Source: Promethearchaeota archaeon (GTDB taxonomy: Archaea; Asgardarchaeota; Lokiarchaeia; Sigyniarchaeales; SOKP01). From it: a DNA stretch of 64,000 nucleotides. Shown here in pieces: positions 10,456 through 20,677 of the stretch (position 1 is the first letter of the stretch; each line of letters opens with the position of its first letter). Made by a program: the position numbers and the translations under genes. The notes beneath the pieces are model-generated. The model was not told where the DNA came from, made no database searches, and saw only the letters and a list, made by a program, of their open reading frames with translations. The stretch is from assembly GCA_019057795.1 (NCBI GenBank), contig JAHLWS010000080.1, positions 59,172 to 123,171 on the forward strand. The letters run 5' to 3'.

Positions 10456-11685
10456 CTATTTGCCCCACATTCTTATCATTTCCCTTGTAATGATATATCT
10501 CATTATTTCCGATGTGCCTGCTGAGATTTGTCCGATCTTTGCATCTCGATAATAGCGCTCTAAAGGATATTCTTCGGAGTATCCAAGGCCTCCTGCAATT
10601 TGAACTGCGTCTTGAGTAATTCTCACAGTAGCGTCAGCGATACGAGTTTTAACAGCAGCAACGGAAGCTCTACAGTTATACCCATCATCAAGCATTCTTG
10701 CGATTTGCGCGATTGCCATTCTGTTAAGTTCTATATCCATAAACATTTCACTAAGTTTGAATGATATTCCTTCAAAAGAATAGATAGGTTTTTTGAACTG
10801 AACTCGCTTATGAGCGTACTTGTAAGCTACTTCTAAAGCGCTTCGAGCAAGACCAAGGTATTGAGAAGCGGTAAATGTTCTTTCGCCATCAAGACCGAAT
10901 AATAAAACATCCAAACCTTCGTTCTCTCTATGAAGAATATTTGCAGCTGGCACTTTACAGTCTTCAAATCGAAGATGAGAATTGGGCATCCCTCTACGTC
11001 CCATATGCTTATATTCCTTAATAACTTCAAATCCCGGAGTATCCGTTTCGAAAATGAATGCCGAAATACCTTGATGCGCCCTAACTTGATCGTTTGTTTT
11101 TGCGTACAAACAAATGTAATCGGCAACGCTACCGTTTGTTATGAAACATTTCTCTCCGTTGAGAACATAATGGTCGCCTTCCTTTATCGCTTTTAATCTC
11201 ATCCCCCCAATTGCGTCAGAACCACCTGTAGGTTCTGTTATACCAATAGCACCTATTTTCGTCCCGTCAGCTATCCCTGAGAGGTACTTCTTTTTTTGCT
11301 CTTGAGTTCCGAATTCTATAATTGGTCCCGCAAACAAGCACGAAGACGCTCCAAAGATCCCCGCAAGAGCGTAGCTGAAAGCTGTGAGCTCCTCGCCAAA
11401 GATTGTTCGGTACAAAATTCCTTTCCCTAAACCTCCTACTTCTTTTGGGATTATAATATTCAAGTAAGGTTTCATCTTACGTAAAATTTCTACAGCTAAT
11501 TCTATATTCCTCTCCCGATCTATCTTTTCAGCCACAGGTTCGACATGGTTTTTACACCACTCACGAACTTCCATGCGAAAATCGTTTTCTTCCTTAGTAT
11601 AGAAGTGTAATCTATCCGGCATGCACGAATAGCCGTACTCAAATTCCAAATCTTCAAAATGAACATGTCCTTCCAAATACATCAC
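10456..11685 (-). CDS. Acyl-CoA dehydrogenase
   Basis: ITEPTGGSD, LNGEKCFITNG, RVQF, GGLGYSEEYPLERYYRDAK motifs. Confidence 0.95.
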   Translation of the reverse strand: MMYLEGHVHFEDLEFEYGYSCMPDRLHFYTKEENDFRMEVREWCKNHVEPVAEKIDRERNIELAVEILRKMKPYLNIIIPKEVGGLGKGILYRTIFGEELTAFSYALAGIFGASSCLFAGPIIEFGTQEQKKKYLSGIADGTKIGAIGITEPTGGSDAIGGMRLKAIKEGDHYVLNGEKCFITNGSVADYICLYAKTNDQVRAHQGISAFIFETDTPGFEVIKEYKHMGRRGMPNSHLRFEDCKVPAANILHRENEGLDVLLFGLDGERTFTASQYLGLARSALEVAYKYAHKRVQFKKPIYSFEGISFKLSEMFMDIELNRMAIAQIARMLDDGYNCRASVAAVKTRIADATVRITQDAVQIAGGLGYSEEYPLERYYRDAKIGQISAGTSEIMRYIITREMIRMWGK

Positions 11686-11811
11686 ATTTAAGTTTTAATT
11701 TATTTTCTAATAACATCTAAAATAAAAGATTATTTTTTAAATTTGATATGCATTTTAAAAAACATACTTTAACATATTAATTAAATCTAAACAATAAATT
11801 GGTAATTATTA

Positions 11812-12570
11812 ATGAGAGTCGGTGGAATTATCGATATATCAACCAAAGACATCCCAAACAAATCTACAATGGTGATTTTCACCGTTGGTTGTAATTTAAA
11901 CTGCGGATTTTGTCATAATAAGTATTTATTGCATAAAAGCGTAGGAAAAGACATGAAAGTTTCAGAATTGCTGGAACAAATCAAAAGTAATATGTTAGTG
12001 AGTGGAGTTAGCATTTCAGGTGGAGAGCCTACGCTTCAAAAAGATTTACCCGAATTGTGCAATGAAATAAAAAAGATTGGAAAATACATCAGTATAGACA
12101 CAAATGGAACAAACCCGAAAATTATATCGAAAATTATACCTAATATCGACAGAATAGCTTTAGATTTGAAGGGACCGTTAAACAAGAAAAGATTAACGAA
12201 AATTACGGGAAATCTAATGGATCCTAATCATATAATTGAGACTTTTAATATTGTTAATAAATGTGAGGGTATTGATTTTGAAGTTAGGACCACTTATGTA
12301 GAAAATTTAATGAAACCAAAAGACATCGATAAAATAATTTCGTTTCTGAGAAGAAATGAGTTTAGAGGAAACTTTGTGCTGCAACAATATCAATATTCTG
12401 AAGGGGTTGGTGATGAATTTAAAGAAAAATTTCAAAAACCAGAGCATATTATATTACTCAACATTTTAAAGCCTTATAGAAATTTAGATCTACCTTTTCA
12501 AATTTATTTAAGAGACGATATTATGGGTTATTGTATTATAGATAAATTATACGACTATCTTGATGAATAA
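11812..12570 (+). CDS. Radical SAM protein, anaerobic ribonucleotide reductase/glycyl-radical activase-like
   Basis: GCNLNCGFCHN, SGGEPTLQ, DTNG, EVRTT motifs. Confidence 0.8.
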   Translation: MRVGGIIDISTKDIPNKSTMVIFTVGCNLNCGFCHNKYLLHKSVGKDMKVSELLEQIKSNMLVSGVSISGGEPTLQKDLPELCNEIKKIGKYISIDTNGTNPKIISKIIPNIDRIALDLKGPLNKKRLTKITGNLMDPNHIIETFNIVNKCEGIDFEVRTTYVENLMKPKDIDKIISFLRRNEFRGNFVLQQYQYSEGVGDEFKEKFQKPEHIILLNILKPYRNLDLPFQIYLRDDIMGYCIIDKLYDYLDE

Positions 12571-13703
12571 TGGACGAAGAAAAGATAATTGCGGATGTAC
12601 AATCCTGTATTGATTGTATGATATGTTTAGATGTGTGCGATACTTTCGCAGTTACTCAGAACGAACTACTATCTCCAAATGGGAGATTAAAAATTGTTGA
12701 TAAAATATTTAACAATCAGAACATTACTCAAGAGGAGATTAAGAGCATCTACACTTGTACGCTATGTGGATTGTGCGACCTTACTTGCCAACAAAGCATT
12801 CACATTGCTGACGCAATCCACGCTTCCAAAATAAAACTAGTAGAAATGGGTTTAGGACCTCTTGAAAATCATAACAAAATAATAAAAAATATTGAAGAAC
12901 AAGATAATTCCGTTAATGGTAAACGAGAAGAAAGACTAAACTGGATGTCAGAAAAGTATAGAGAGTCTGAAACTTTTGAGACGGGAGATTCGGATACGTT
13001 GTTATTCTTGGGTTGCATGTCATCGTTTCGAGTAAAAGAAAGCGCAAGTGCTTCTTACGAGCTTTTAAAAGAAGGTAATTTCGATTTTAAGATATTTGAA
13101 AAGGAACCTTGTTGTGGAGAATACGCTTATTCCGCAGGTAAATTAGACTTTTCAAAGAAAATCTTTAATGAAAATTTTGATCTCTTCAAACAACACGGAA
13201 TTAAAAACATTATTACTACATGTGGTGGGTGTTTTTACGCGTTTAATAACTTATATCCAAAATACCTTCAGAATTACGATATTCCAGTTAAACACGTCAT
13301 CCAAGTTATTCACGAATTAGAAAAGAATGGCAAATTGAAATTTCAGCAATCTAACGGTACAGTTACTTACCATGATTCTTGTAGGACAGGAAGAAAAATT
13401 AAAAACATTGATGTTTACGACGAACCCAGAGAACTATTAAATTTGTGTGCCACAGTTAACGAGCTCAAGGCAAATAGAGAATTAACTGCGTGTTGTGGGG
13501 CGGGTTCTGGAATTAGAGGGGTTGATAGTAGTTTATCAATAAAAATTGGTAAGAAAATTTTTGACGAATTAGAAACTCGAGATATAATTACATCGTGTCC
13601 CTTATGCGTGTTCAATTATAGATACGTAAATTACAAAACTCAATCTGAATATAAAACTAAATACATAACCGATTATCTTTTAGAAGCGTTAAAAAAAGAG
13701 TGA
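12570..13703 (+). CDS. Fe-S oxidoreductase (HdrD/GlpC-like, ferredoxin plus two CCG domains)
   Basis: CxxCxxCxxxC twice, CCG twice, YHDSC, SCPLC; overlaps the upstream gene by 1 nt. Confidence 0.85.
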   Translation: MDEEKIIADVQSCIDCMICLDVCDTFAVTQNELLSPNGRLKIVDKIFNNQNITQEEIKSIYTCTLCGLCDLTCQQSIHIADAIHASKIKLVEMGLGPLENHNKIIKNIEEQDNSVNGKREERLNWMSEKYRESETFETGDSDTLLFLGCMSSFRVKESASASYELLKEGNFDFKIFEKEPCCGEYAYSAGKLDFSKKIFNENFDLFKQHGIKNIITTCGGCFYAFNNLYPKYLQNYDIPVKHVIQVIHELEKNGKLKFQQSNGTVTYHDSCRTGRKIKNIDVYDEPRELLNLCATVNELKANRELTACCGAGSGIRGVDSSLSIKIGKKIFDELETRDIITSCPLCVFNYRYVNYKTQSEYKTKYITDYLLEALKKE

Positions 13704-13720
13704 AAAAGGGGTGAAATGTT

Positions 13721-13870
13721 ACGAGCGAAAACGATAAGAAAACTAAAGATGATGACCTTGAAGACGAGTTAGAAAAACAATGGGAAATGCAAGATCAAAT
13801 TCACAAAGTTTGTAAAATGAAAGGAGATACAGAAGAAAAACAAAAAAAATGGAAAGAAAAATATAGTTAA
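13721..13870 (+). CDS. Small charged hypothetical protein (49 aa), probable ACG start
   Basis: Open frame (M)SENDKKTKDDDLEDELEKQWEMQDQIHKVCKMKGDTEEKQKKWKEKYS*; GGGGTGA SD 6 nt upstream of ACG; fills the intergenic gap. Confidence 0.45.
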   Translation, partial: TSENDKKTKDDDLEDELEKQWEMQDQIHKVCKMKGDTEEKQKKWKEKYS

Positions 13871-13873
13871 TTT

Positions 13874-14389
13874 TTATTGTATCTTTCCTGGTCTAACAAT
13901 ACAGGGTTGCTGTCGATGGCGATGTGGTTTTGCTCCTTGTAACCTGATTTCTCTCCTTTTCTTAGCCTCTTCATAACGCCGTTTTTCTTCTTCGGTCTCA
14001 GGAATTAATCCTGGGACCTCAGTTGGTTTGTCATCTTTATCAATAGCGACAAATGTGAGATAAGCAGACCCAACATGTGTATGAACCCCTGTCTTCAGGC
14101 ATTCTGCCTCCACTCTGACGCCAATTTCCATCGAAGTTCTAGATACAAAATTTATTGACGCTTTTATGAATATGAGATTTCCAATATAAGCTGGCGAGAT
14201 AAAATCAAATCTGTCGACTGAAGCAGTAACTACATTAGTATGGGTATGTCTAGCAGCCACAATAGCCCCTGCTTGGTCAACAAGTTTTAATAAATTGCCA
14301 CCGTGCACGTTGCCAGCGACATTTGCGTGCTCTGGCATCATAATCTGCGCAAGTTCTACTCCGGATTGTGAAACTGTTTTAGCTTCCAA
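13874..14389 (-). CDS. Acyl-CoA thioesterase (hotdog fold)
   Basis: MPEHANVAGNVHGG, VVTASVD, SMEIGV, TFVAID motifs. Confidence 0.92.
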   Translation of the reverse strand: MEAKTVSQSGVELAQIMMPEHANVAGNVHGGNLLKLVDQAGAIVAARHTHTNVVTASVDRFDFISPAYIGNLIFIKASINFVSRTSMEIGVRVEAECLKTGVHTHVGSAYLTFVAIDKDDKPTEVPGLIPETEEEKRRYEEAKKRREIRLQGAKPHRHRQQPCIVRPGKIQ

Positions 14390-14607
14390 TATAATATACC
14401 TCTATTTAACTGATTTTCTTTAAGAATAAAAATGTTAAGAGTAATAATAAAAATTATTCTTTTAAATTATAAAATAAAAAAAACCAGTTATGTTCTCTAT
14501 TCAAATGAGAGAAATTTAAATTAAATTCTAAATTCTATTATTCAATATTTTAAATTATGAATAATGATTTAAAATAAATAACACATTAAAAGGAAAAGTG
14601 ATAAAAA

Positions 14608-15108
14608 ATGCCAAGTTTTAAAGAAACTTACGAAGCAATAAAAGAAGATGTTTCAAAAGGGGAGAAAAACTTCAATGTAAGCTGTGAAATGCTGTCAGAA
14701 GGGATGCAATGTAGAGTTACCATGGGAGCTTCAAAACACGAAGTCATAATTGATGCCCCTGTAGGCCTAGATGGTACAGACCAAGGAGCATCTCCATTAT
14801 TAGCCATATTAGGCTCTATTGGTGCTTGTATTATTGCAGTTACAAGATTTTGGGCGTTAATTATGGATATAAAAATCGAATCAATGACTGTGAATTCAAG
14901 AGGCCATATAAATCTCGCAGCTCTTTTTGGACTTGACGACAAAATGCTTCCAGGCTACGATAAGCTTGAACCTGTCGTTAGAATTAAAGCAGATGCGCCT
15001 AAAGAAAAAGTAGAAGAAATGATGGAAAAAGTATTTAGTCATTGTCCAGTTATCACCAACTTCAATGGAGCATCTCCAATTAAACCTAAGTTACAAATTA
15101 GAGAATAA
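14608..15108 (+). CDS. OsmC family protein
   Basis: D.P..L.G.D.G.SP, GAC and HCPV conserved Cys pair. Confidence 0.85.
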   Translation: MPSFKETYEAIKEDVSKGEKNFNVSCEMLSEGMQCRVTMGASKHEVIIDAPVGLDGTDQGASPLLAILGSIGACIIAVTRFWALIMDIKIESMTVNSRGHINLAALFGLDDKMLPGYDKLEPVVRIKADAPKEKVEEMMEKVFSHCPVITNFNGASPIKPKLQIRE

Positions 15109-15418
15109 ACTCTTTTATGTTTTTTTTAAATAAAAAAAATTAGATTTTTTATAATAGATGAAATAAATCAATGGTTCACTACCTTCATCAATAGAAATTA
15201 AGAGAATTTCACGTTAGACTGGCTTAAAGGACAAAAGCTAACATTTGAGAGTATTTATGACATGAGAAAATAACCTTATAATTTGTTATATCCCGCTAAA
15301 CCTAATTAGCAAAAATATTAATTGATTTATACCCCAATAGTTTGAAATGTATAAAAAGGAAAGTAACCTAATTATTAACTACTTACAAATAATATCTTAC
15401 TATTATGGCGAAAATAAT

Positions 15419-16588
15419 ATGAAATCAAGTGTAAATTCAAAAATAATAATTTTAATCGCTTTAGGAATCCTTTTCGCTTTCTCACCAATAATTACTTCTA
15501 ATTTTATTTTTAATGCGGGAAATAACAAGACTAGTTCAGAATATGATGATGATATTACTATAGATTATGAAAATTTGAAAATCTCGGCAACATCTGGGAA
15601 AATTCATATTGATGGTAATTCTGGATGGGTTGCTTTTAAAAATGCTGGAAAATGTACTGGTGAAGGCACTTATTCCGACCCTTATATCATAGAAGATTTG
15701 GTAATCAATTCTGAAGGTTGGGGAAGTTGTATCCTAATTGAAAATTCCGATGTGTACTTTAAAATTGAGAATTGCTTCGTTTACAGTTCAGGAGGAGTTT
15801 ATAGAGAACCTGTAGAAACTTATACAGGAATAGAATTATCAAATGTAAACAATGCCTTGATAATCTCAAATAATTGTTCGTCGAATGTGGTAGGGATATT
15901 TTTAGCTTATAGTGATAATAACACCATTTCGGGAAACATTGCATATAATAACAACAGATATGGGATATATTTAAGTTATAGTAATAAAAACACCATTTCG
16001 GGAAATATAATGAATAAATGTGGATTAGGATTATATGGTTCTGATATTAAGGAATTAAGTTCCCATAATATAGATACTACAAATCTTGTGAATGGAAAAC
16101 CTTTATATTATTACTCCAATGAAGTAAATTTAGAACCAAACAATTTTACTAATGCCGGGCAAGTTATATTAGCCAATTGTACTGATTCACTAATATCAAA
16201 CGTAAACATTTCTTATTGTACTACAGGAATTTCGTTATTTTATTGTAATACCAACACCATTTCGGGAAACACCGTAAATAGTAACTCTCATTATGGGATA
16301 TATTTATCTTATAGTGACTATAACTCCATTTCGGGAAACACAGCAAATAACAACTTTAATGGGATAGATTTATATTATAGTGATTATAACTCCATTTCGG
16401 GAAATATTTTAATTGGTAATGGTGATTGCATCTGGGAAAGAGAATGCCAAGGAAATGAATTTAGTGATAACGGTTCTTGTACTTATGGTCAAGCAGACGA
16501 TATAATTCCTGGATATAACCTATTCTTTCTACTTGGTATTCTATCCGTTATAGCAATCATTCTTAGTAAAAAAGTAAAGAAATCCTAA
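15419..16588 (+). CDS. Secreted NosD-like right-handed beta-helix protein with Loki-CTERM-like anchor
   Basis: Signal peptide from MKSSVNSK; repeated 'GIYL.YS..NTISGN' units; C-terminal IPGY + TM + basic tail. Confidence 0.85.
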   Translation: MKSSVNSKIIILIALGILFAFSPIITSNFIFNAGNNKTSSEYDDDITIDYENLKISATSGKIHIDGNSGWVAFKNAGKCTGEGTYSDPYIIEDLVINSEGWGSCILIENSDVYFKIENCFVYSSGGVYREPVETYTGIELSNVNNALIISNNCSSNVVGIFLAYSDNNTISGNIAYNNNRYGIYLSYSNKNTISGNIMNKCGLGLYGSDIKELSSHNIDTTNLVNGKPLYYYSNEVNLEPNNFTNAGQVILANCTDSLISNVNISYCTTGISLFYCNTNTISGNTVNSNSHYGIYLSYSDYNSISGNTANNNFNGIDLYYSDYNSISGNILIGNGDCIWERECQGNEFSDNGSCTYGQADDIIPGYNLFFLLGILSVIAIILSKKVKKS

Positions 16589-16788
16589 AATCTAATTTTT
16601 TTTTCATTTTTTTAAATACTTAATTCTTAACCCTCTTTATTACTATCTTAAAGTATCAAAATCTAAAAGAAGTTCCTCTGCGAATTCTACCAACTATTTT
16701 ATTTGCTCTAAGCCTCGTATTTGAAATTTAATTTTGTATTCTTATTGTATAATATTGAATAAAAGATAATTTTTACACTCTATAGTGT

Positions 16789-17634
16789 CTATTTTAATGG
16801 AAATTTAGGGTCTCTTTTCTCAAAAAAGGCGGCAGAAGCTTCGTTTACGTCTTTTGAGCTAAATGTTAAAACTATTGATGAGTTTTCAAATTGTAGTATG
16901 GTTTCTAAGCTTGGGGAATCTAAAGATAAATTGATTGCTTGTTTAGTCATTCTTAATCCCAGAGGACTTTTAGTTAAAAGATTGTTTGCAATCTCTAGAG
17001 CTGAATCCATTAAGTCATCCTTTTTTACAACTCTTAAAACTAATCCTATTTTTTCAGCTTCAATACCATCAACAATCTTCCCGCTATATAGTATTTCAGC
17101 TGCTCTTGACATTCCAATAAGTCGAGGAAGAAAATAACTACCACCCACATCTGCACCAGTAAGTCCAATATTAATGGAAGCGTTAATAAATTTTACATCT
17201 TCACTGGCAATCCGTATATCTGCTGCCATTGCGAATCCAAATCCCCCACCTGCTGCTGCTCCGTGTATAATTGCAATTATAGGTTGACTAATTTTTCGCA
17301 TTTTCACATATATTTGACTTATACGCCATTGATGATACATTTTCCTTTTTAATGGCTCTGGAACGTTTAGAAAGTGGTATTTCTCATAACCTACGGGTGT
17401 CTTCTTTGAATTTAAAATTAATCCTTCTTGTAAATCAGTTCCAGCACAGAATGCTCGTCCCATTCCCCCAAAAATCACTACACGACAATCTAAATTTGTC
17501 ATCAAATGGTCTAATAATTCATGTAACTCTTCCTCCATTTGAAAAGAAATAGCATTTAATTTGTCTGGACGATTGAGTTTTATAATACCAATACCATTTG
17601 GTTTCAGTTCAAAATTTATTGTTTCAAAATTCAA
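16789..17634 (-). CDS. Enoyl-CoA hydratase/isomerase
   Basis: LNRPDKLNA, AFCAG.DL, GGGF..A.AADIR crotonase motifs. Confidence 0.92.
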   Translation of the reverse strand: MNFETINFELKPNGIGIIKLNRPDKLNAISFQMEEELHELLDHLMTNLDCRVVIFGGMGRAFCAGTDLQEGLILNSKKTPVGYEKYHFLNVPEPLKRKMYHQWRISQIYVKMRKISQPIIAIIHGAAAGGGFGFAMAADIRIASEDVKFINASINIGLTGADVGGSYFLPRLIGMSRAAEILYSGKIVDGIEAEKIGLVLRVVKKDDLMDSALEIANNLLTKSPLGLRMTKQAINLSLDSPSLETILQFENSSIVLTFSSKDVNEASAAFFEKRDPKFPLK

Positions 17635-17717
17635 TTTTTTTCACTTTATTCTTATTTTAATATTCTCCATTAAGAATTAATTCATCATTAATGTGATGGA
17701 TTTTGTCCAGATAATCG

Positions 17718-18038
17718 TTAAAACGATTCAAAATAAGCCTCCTTTAATATCTTGGGCTTCATATAAGGATTGAGGGCTTCAATTGTGAGTAATTCTATCT
17801 TTCTCTGCAAAAGACCTTCTAATAAAAAAACTAATTCGATAAAATTATCATAATTTTTTTTCCCCTCATCAAACTCGACTATTAGATCGACATCACTCTC
17901 ATTAGTATGCTCTCCTCTTAAAACGGAACCAAATAATCCTATCTTTTTAACATTATGCTTCTTTAATTTTTCTTTATTTTGCTTTAGAAGCTTGAAAATA
18001 TCTTCTTTATTTAGAGCTTTCATGTTTTTCTCATTCAA
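17718..18038 (-). CDS. Minimal nucleotidyltransferase (MNT antitoxin type), no intact HEPN partner
   Basis: LFGS..RG....SDVDL motif. Confidence 0.85.
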   Translation of the reverse strand: MNEKNMKALNKEDIFKLLKQNKEKLKKHNVKKIGLFGSVLRGEHTNESDVDLIVEFDEGKKNYDNFIELVFLLEGLLQRKIELLTIEALNPYMKPKILKEAYFESF

Positions 18039-18137
18039 TAGGTATTATTCATATTTATTAAATATATTCATCCTAATACTTTTTTATACTAATGATTTAT
18101 TAATAAATGACGAATATTTGAGTCATCTAAATCCGGG

Positions 18138-18992
18138 TTAGCTCAAGGGATATTTTGGATCTCTTTTTTCGAAAAAGGATTGAACACCTTCCATAATGTC
18201 ATCTGAAGTAGAACAAAGCATTTGTGCACGATTTTCTAATTGAAGAATCGTTTCCAGACTTGGGGAATCAAGAGATAAATTAATTGCTTGTTTGGTCATC
18301 CTTAACCCTAAAGGGCTTTTACGCAACATATTTTCAGCCAATTCAATAGCAGTTTCTAATAATTTTTTTTCTTCTACCACTCTTAAAACTAGTCCAATCT
18401 TTTCAGCTTCAGAAGCGTCGACAAATCTTCCCGTATATAAAATCTCTGCTGCTCTTGACATCCCTATAAGTCGAGGAAGGTGATAACTAGATCCTAAGTC
18501 TGCGCCAGAAAACCCTACATTAATAAATGCATTATTAAATCTTGCTTTTTTGCTGGCAATCCTAATATCTGCGGCTAAGATAAAAGCAAAACCTGCTCCA
18601 GATGCAGCACCCTGAATTAAAGCGATAATTGGTTGACCAATCTTACGCATTTTCACGATAATTTGACTGGTGTGCCACTGAGCGTATAATTTTGCCTTTA
18701 TAATATCTTTATCGGGAGCATTTAGAAAATGAAACTTTTCTTTTAATTCTGGTGGCTTCTTTTTAGACTGTAAAATCATCGATTCTTTCAAATCCAAGCC
18801 AGCACAGAACGCTCTCCCTTCTGCTTTTAATATAACAACACGACAATCTAAATTAACCATTAAAGAGTCAAATAAAGCGTGCAAATCTTTAATCATCTGA
18901 AACGACATAGCATTTAATTTATCAGGACGATTAAGTGTTAGTATTCCAATTCCATTTTCTTTTAATTCAAAGTTTATAGTTTCAAATTTCAT
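18138..18992 (-). CDS. Enoyl-CoA hydratase/isomerase (paralog of 16789..17634)
   Basis: Same crotonase motifs; long identical stretches with the neighbouring copy. Confidence 0.92.
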   Translation of the reverse strand: MKFETINFELKENGIGILTLNRPDKLNAMSFQMIKDLHALFDSLMVNLDCRVVILKAEGRAFCAGLDLKESMILQSKKKPPELKEKFHFLNAPDKDIIKAKLYAQWHTSQIIVKMRKIGQPIIALIQGAASGAGFAFILAADIRIASKKARFNNAFINVGFSGADLGSSYHLPRLIGMSRAAEILYTGRFVDASEAEKIGLVLRVVEEKKLLETAIELAENMLRKSPLGLRMTKQAINLSLDSPSLETILQLENRAQMLCSTSDDIMEGVQSFFEKRDPKYPLS

Positions 18993-19046
18993 TTTTTTTC
19001 ATTTTATTTTATTAATTTTTAATACTACTAATCTGTAAAACCAGTA

Positions 19047-19499
19047 TTATTTTAAATCATCAATGAAGTTAATTTTTACGAGAGTTGATAATTCGCTAAA
19101 AACTTTCTCGATTTCATCCTCTTTTTTCATGTAAATAGGAATATCTAACAATTTTGCGGTTGCCAAGCTATAACAATCAGCAAGGGAAATAGCAAAATTA
19201 CATTTTAAGTGAGCTGCCTCATCTCTTAATTTTTTTTCAGAATATATCGTAAAATCTTTTAAAAATTCAGAGGTTATCTTGATTGCATTTTCATGCCCTT
19301 TTTGTCGACATAATATGTACTTAAGTTCAGTATCCACGAGAGGTGAAATGTAAAACTTTTGGATCTGTGTAATTGAAAGAACCTTTTGAAAAAAATCTTT
19401 ACCCATTGGAGTTTCATCTAAAACTTCCATTAAAACGGATGTATCAACGACTATTGATGTATCATCGATTAGTGTATCTTTCTTCTCGTTCAAGATCAA
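19047..19499 (-). CDS. PIN-domain toxin (VapC-like)
   Basis: VVDTS, conserved E, SLADCYSLATA PIN motifs. Confidence 0.85.
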   Translation of the reverse strand: MILNEKKDTLIDDTSIVVDTSVLMEVLDETPMGKDFFQKVLSITQIQKFYISPLVDTELKYILCRQKGHENAIKITSEFLKDFTIYSEKKLRDEAAHLKCNFAISLADCYSLATAKLLDIPIYMKKEDEIEKVFSELSTLVKINFIDDLK

Positions 19500-19731
19500 C
19501 CCTCCTTGATTCTATAAGTAAAGATCTACCTTCTCCCTTAAGAATTCCTTGAAATTTTTTAATATTATTGAGAAATTCTTCTTTATTTACTTTTATTACT
19601 TTTTCTTCAAGTAGGAATTCAATTGCCTCGTCATAAGTAATTCTTCTTCCCCATTTTTTCTCAAGTCTATTTATAAGTTCAAATAACTTGTTTTTGATTT
19701 TCTTTGAAATCTGAATAGTAGTACTTGCCAT
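19462..19731 (-). CDS. VapB-like antitoxin
   Basis: 89 aa, overlaps the PIN gene; 'TTIQIS...L..L......TYDEAI..LL' RHH-like pattern. Confidence 0.75.
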   Translation of the reverse strand: MASTTIQISKKIKNKLFELINRLEKKWGRRITYDEAIEFLLEEKVIKVNKEEFLNNIKKFQGILKGEGRSLLIESRRVDLEREERYTNR

Positions 19732-19763
19732 AATTTATTCACTTTATTATTCTTATTATAACT

Positions 19764-19780
19764 ATTATAGTCGCTATAAT
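19764..19780. promoter_or_regulatory. Palindromic operator upstream of vapBC
   Basis: ATTATAG-TCG-CTATAAT perfect inverted repeat about 33 nt upstream of the antitoxin start. Confidence 0.45.
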
Positions 19781-19851
19781 TATTATAGAATTCTAATTTA
19801 TAAATTTAAATATGTCATTCAAAATAAAGTTGTAATTTAACCCTGTAAATT

Positions 19852-20625
19852 TTACAGCGAGCTTAAAGTCTTTTTAGCTATAGAAAACAATGTGTGTAAA
19901 TGTGTCTCAGTTAAATGAAAGTGCAACTCCCAATTATCTTCAGTTAGATAATCACTTATAGTAAAAATAGCTCCAGCTCCGACATTCAAATGCTTCGCTA
20001 CCGCAAATATGGCAGCAGCTTCCATTTCGACGGTTAGAACTCCTTCTTCTTGATATTTTTTAATCTCAGCTATAGTTTCGCGATAAGGTGCGTCAATCGT
20101 CCAACTTGTTCCTGTATGGTAACTTATATTCAAACTTTTTGCGACTTCAATCATTCTTTCTGTTAACAATTGAGAGGGATAAGAATATTTTTCACTTGGT
20201 AAATAATGATGCGATGTTCCCTCGTCTCGGATCGCTTTTGTGCATATTATATTGCTTCCTAATTGTAAATTTTTTTGTAAAGAGCCAGCCGTTCCGATCG
20301 AAAGAAACGATTTAATTCCAAACGCGTTAAGCTCTTCCATTAAAATTGCTACTATAGGGGCTCCAATTCCAAAATTGCCACATATACCGATCTGATTGTC
20401 GTTTTCATTTAGCAGGTAAAAATAATCTCCAAAAACGCTATCAATTTTTTTAAGAGAATAATTTTCTAATATATAATTAAAGATAGTAGGAGAATAACAT
20501 ATTATTACTCCTTTAGGGGGATCTATATCGGGATATCTTCCAAGTTCTTTTTTATACCTCCAGAAATCTTTAGCGTTAACAAAAGATTTCTCGCGGTATT
20601 TATTCGGATAATTTGGGAAGGTCAT
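19852..20625 (-). CDS. Nucleoside phosphorylase (PNP/UDP family)
   Basis: GIGAP, GTAGSL, RDEGTSHHY, WTIDAPYRE, VEMEAAA motifs. Confidence 0.9.
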   Translation of the reverse strand: MTFPNYPNKYREKSFVNAKDFWRYKKELGRYPDIDPPKGVIICYSPTIFNYILENYSLKKIDSVFGDYFYLLNENDNQIGICGNFGIGAPIVAILMEELNAFGIKSFLSIGTAGSLQKNLQLGSNIICTKAIRDEGTSHHYLPSEKYSYPSQLLTERMIEVAKSLNISYHTGTSWTIDAPYRETIAEIKKYQEEGVLTVEMEAAAIFAVAKHLNVGAGAIFTISDYLTEDNWELHFHLTETHLHTLFSIAKKTLSSL

Positions 20626-20677
20626 ATTTTTTGAAAAGTTTTAGAGAATTTGAAATTACTTGAAAAATACTAATACT

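Noticed and set aside
15154-15273. Possible gene remnant IDEINQWFTTFINRN*ENFTLDWLKGQKLTFESIYDMRK
   Set aside because: Short, has an internal stop, no start codon and no recognisable family.
15900-16410. Repeated AACxCCATTTCGGGAAA units as a possible CRISPR or DGR repeat
   Set aside because: They are in-frame codons for the beta-helix repeat N[TS]ISGN, irregularly spaced; no cas or reverse transcriptase genes are present.
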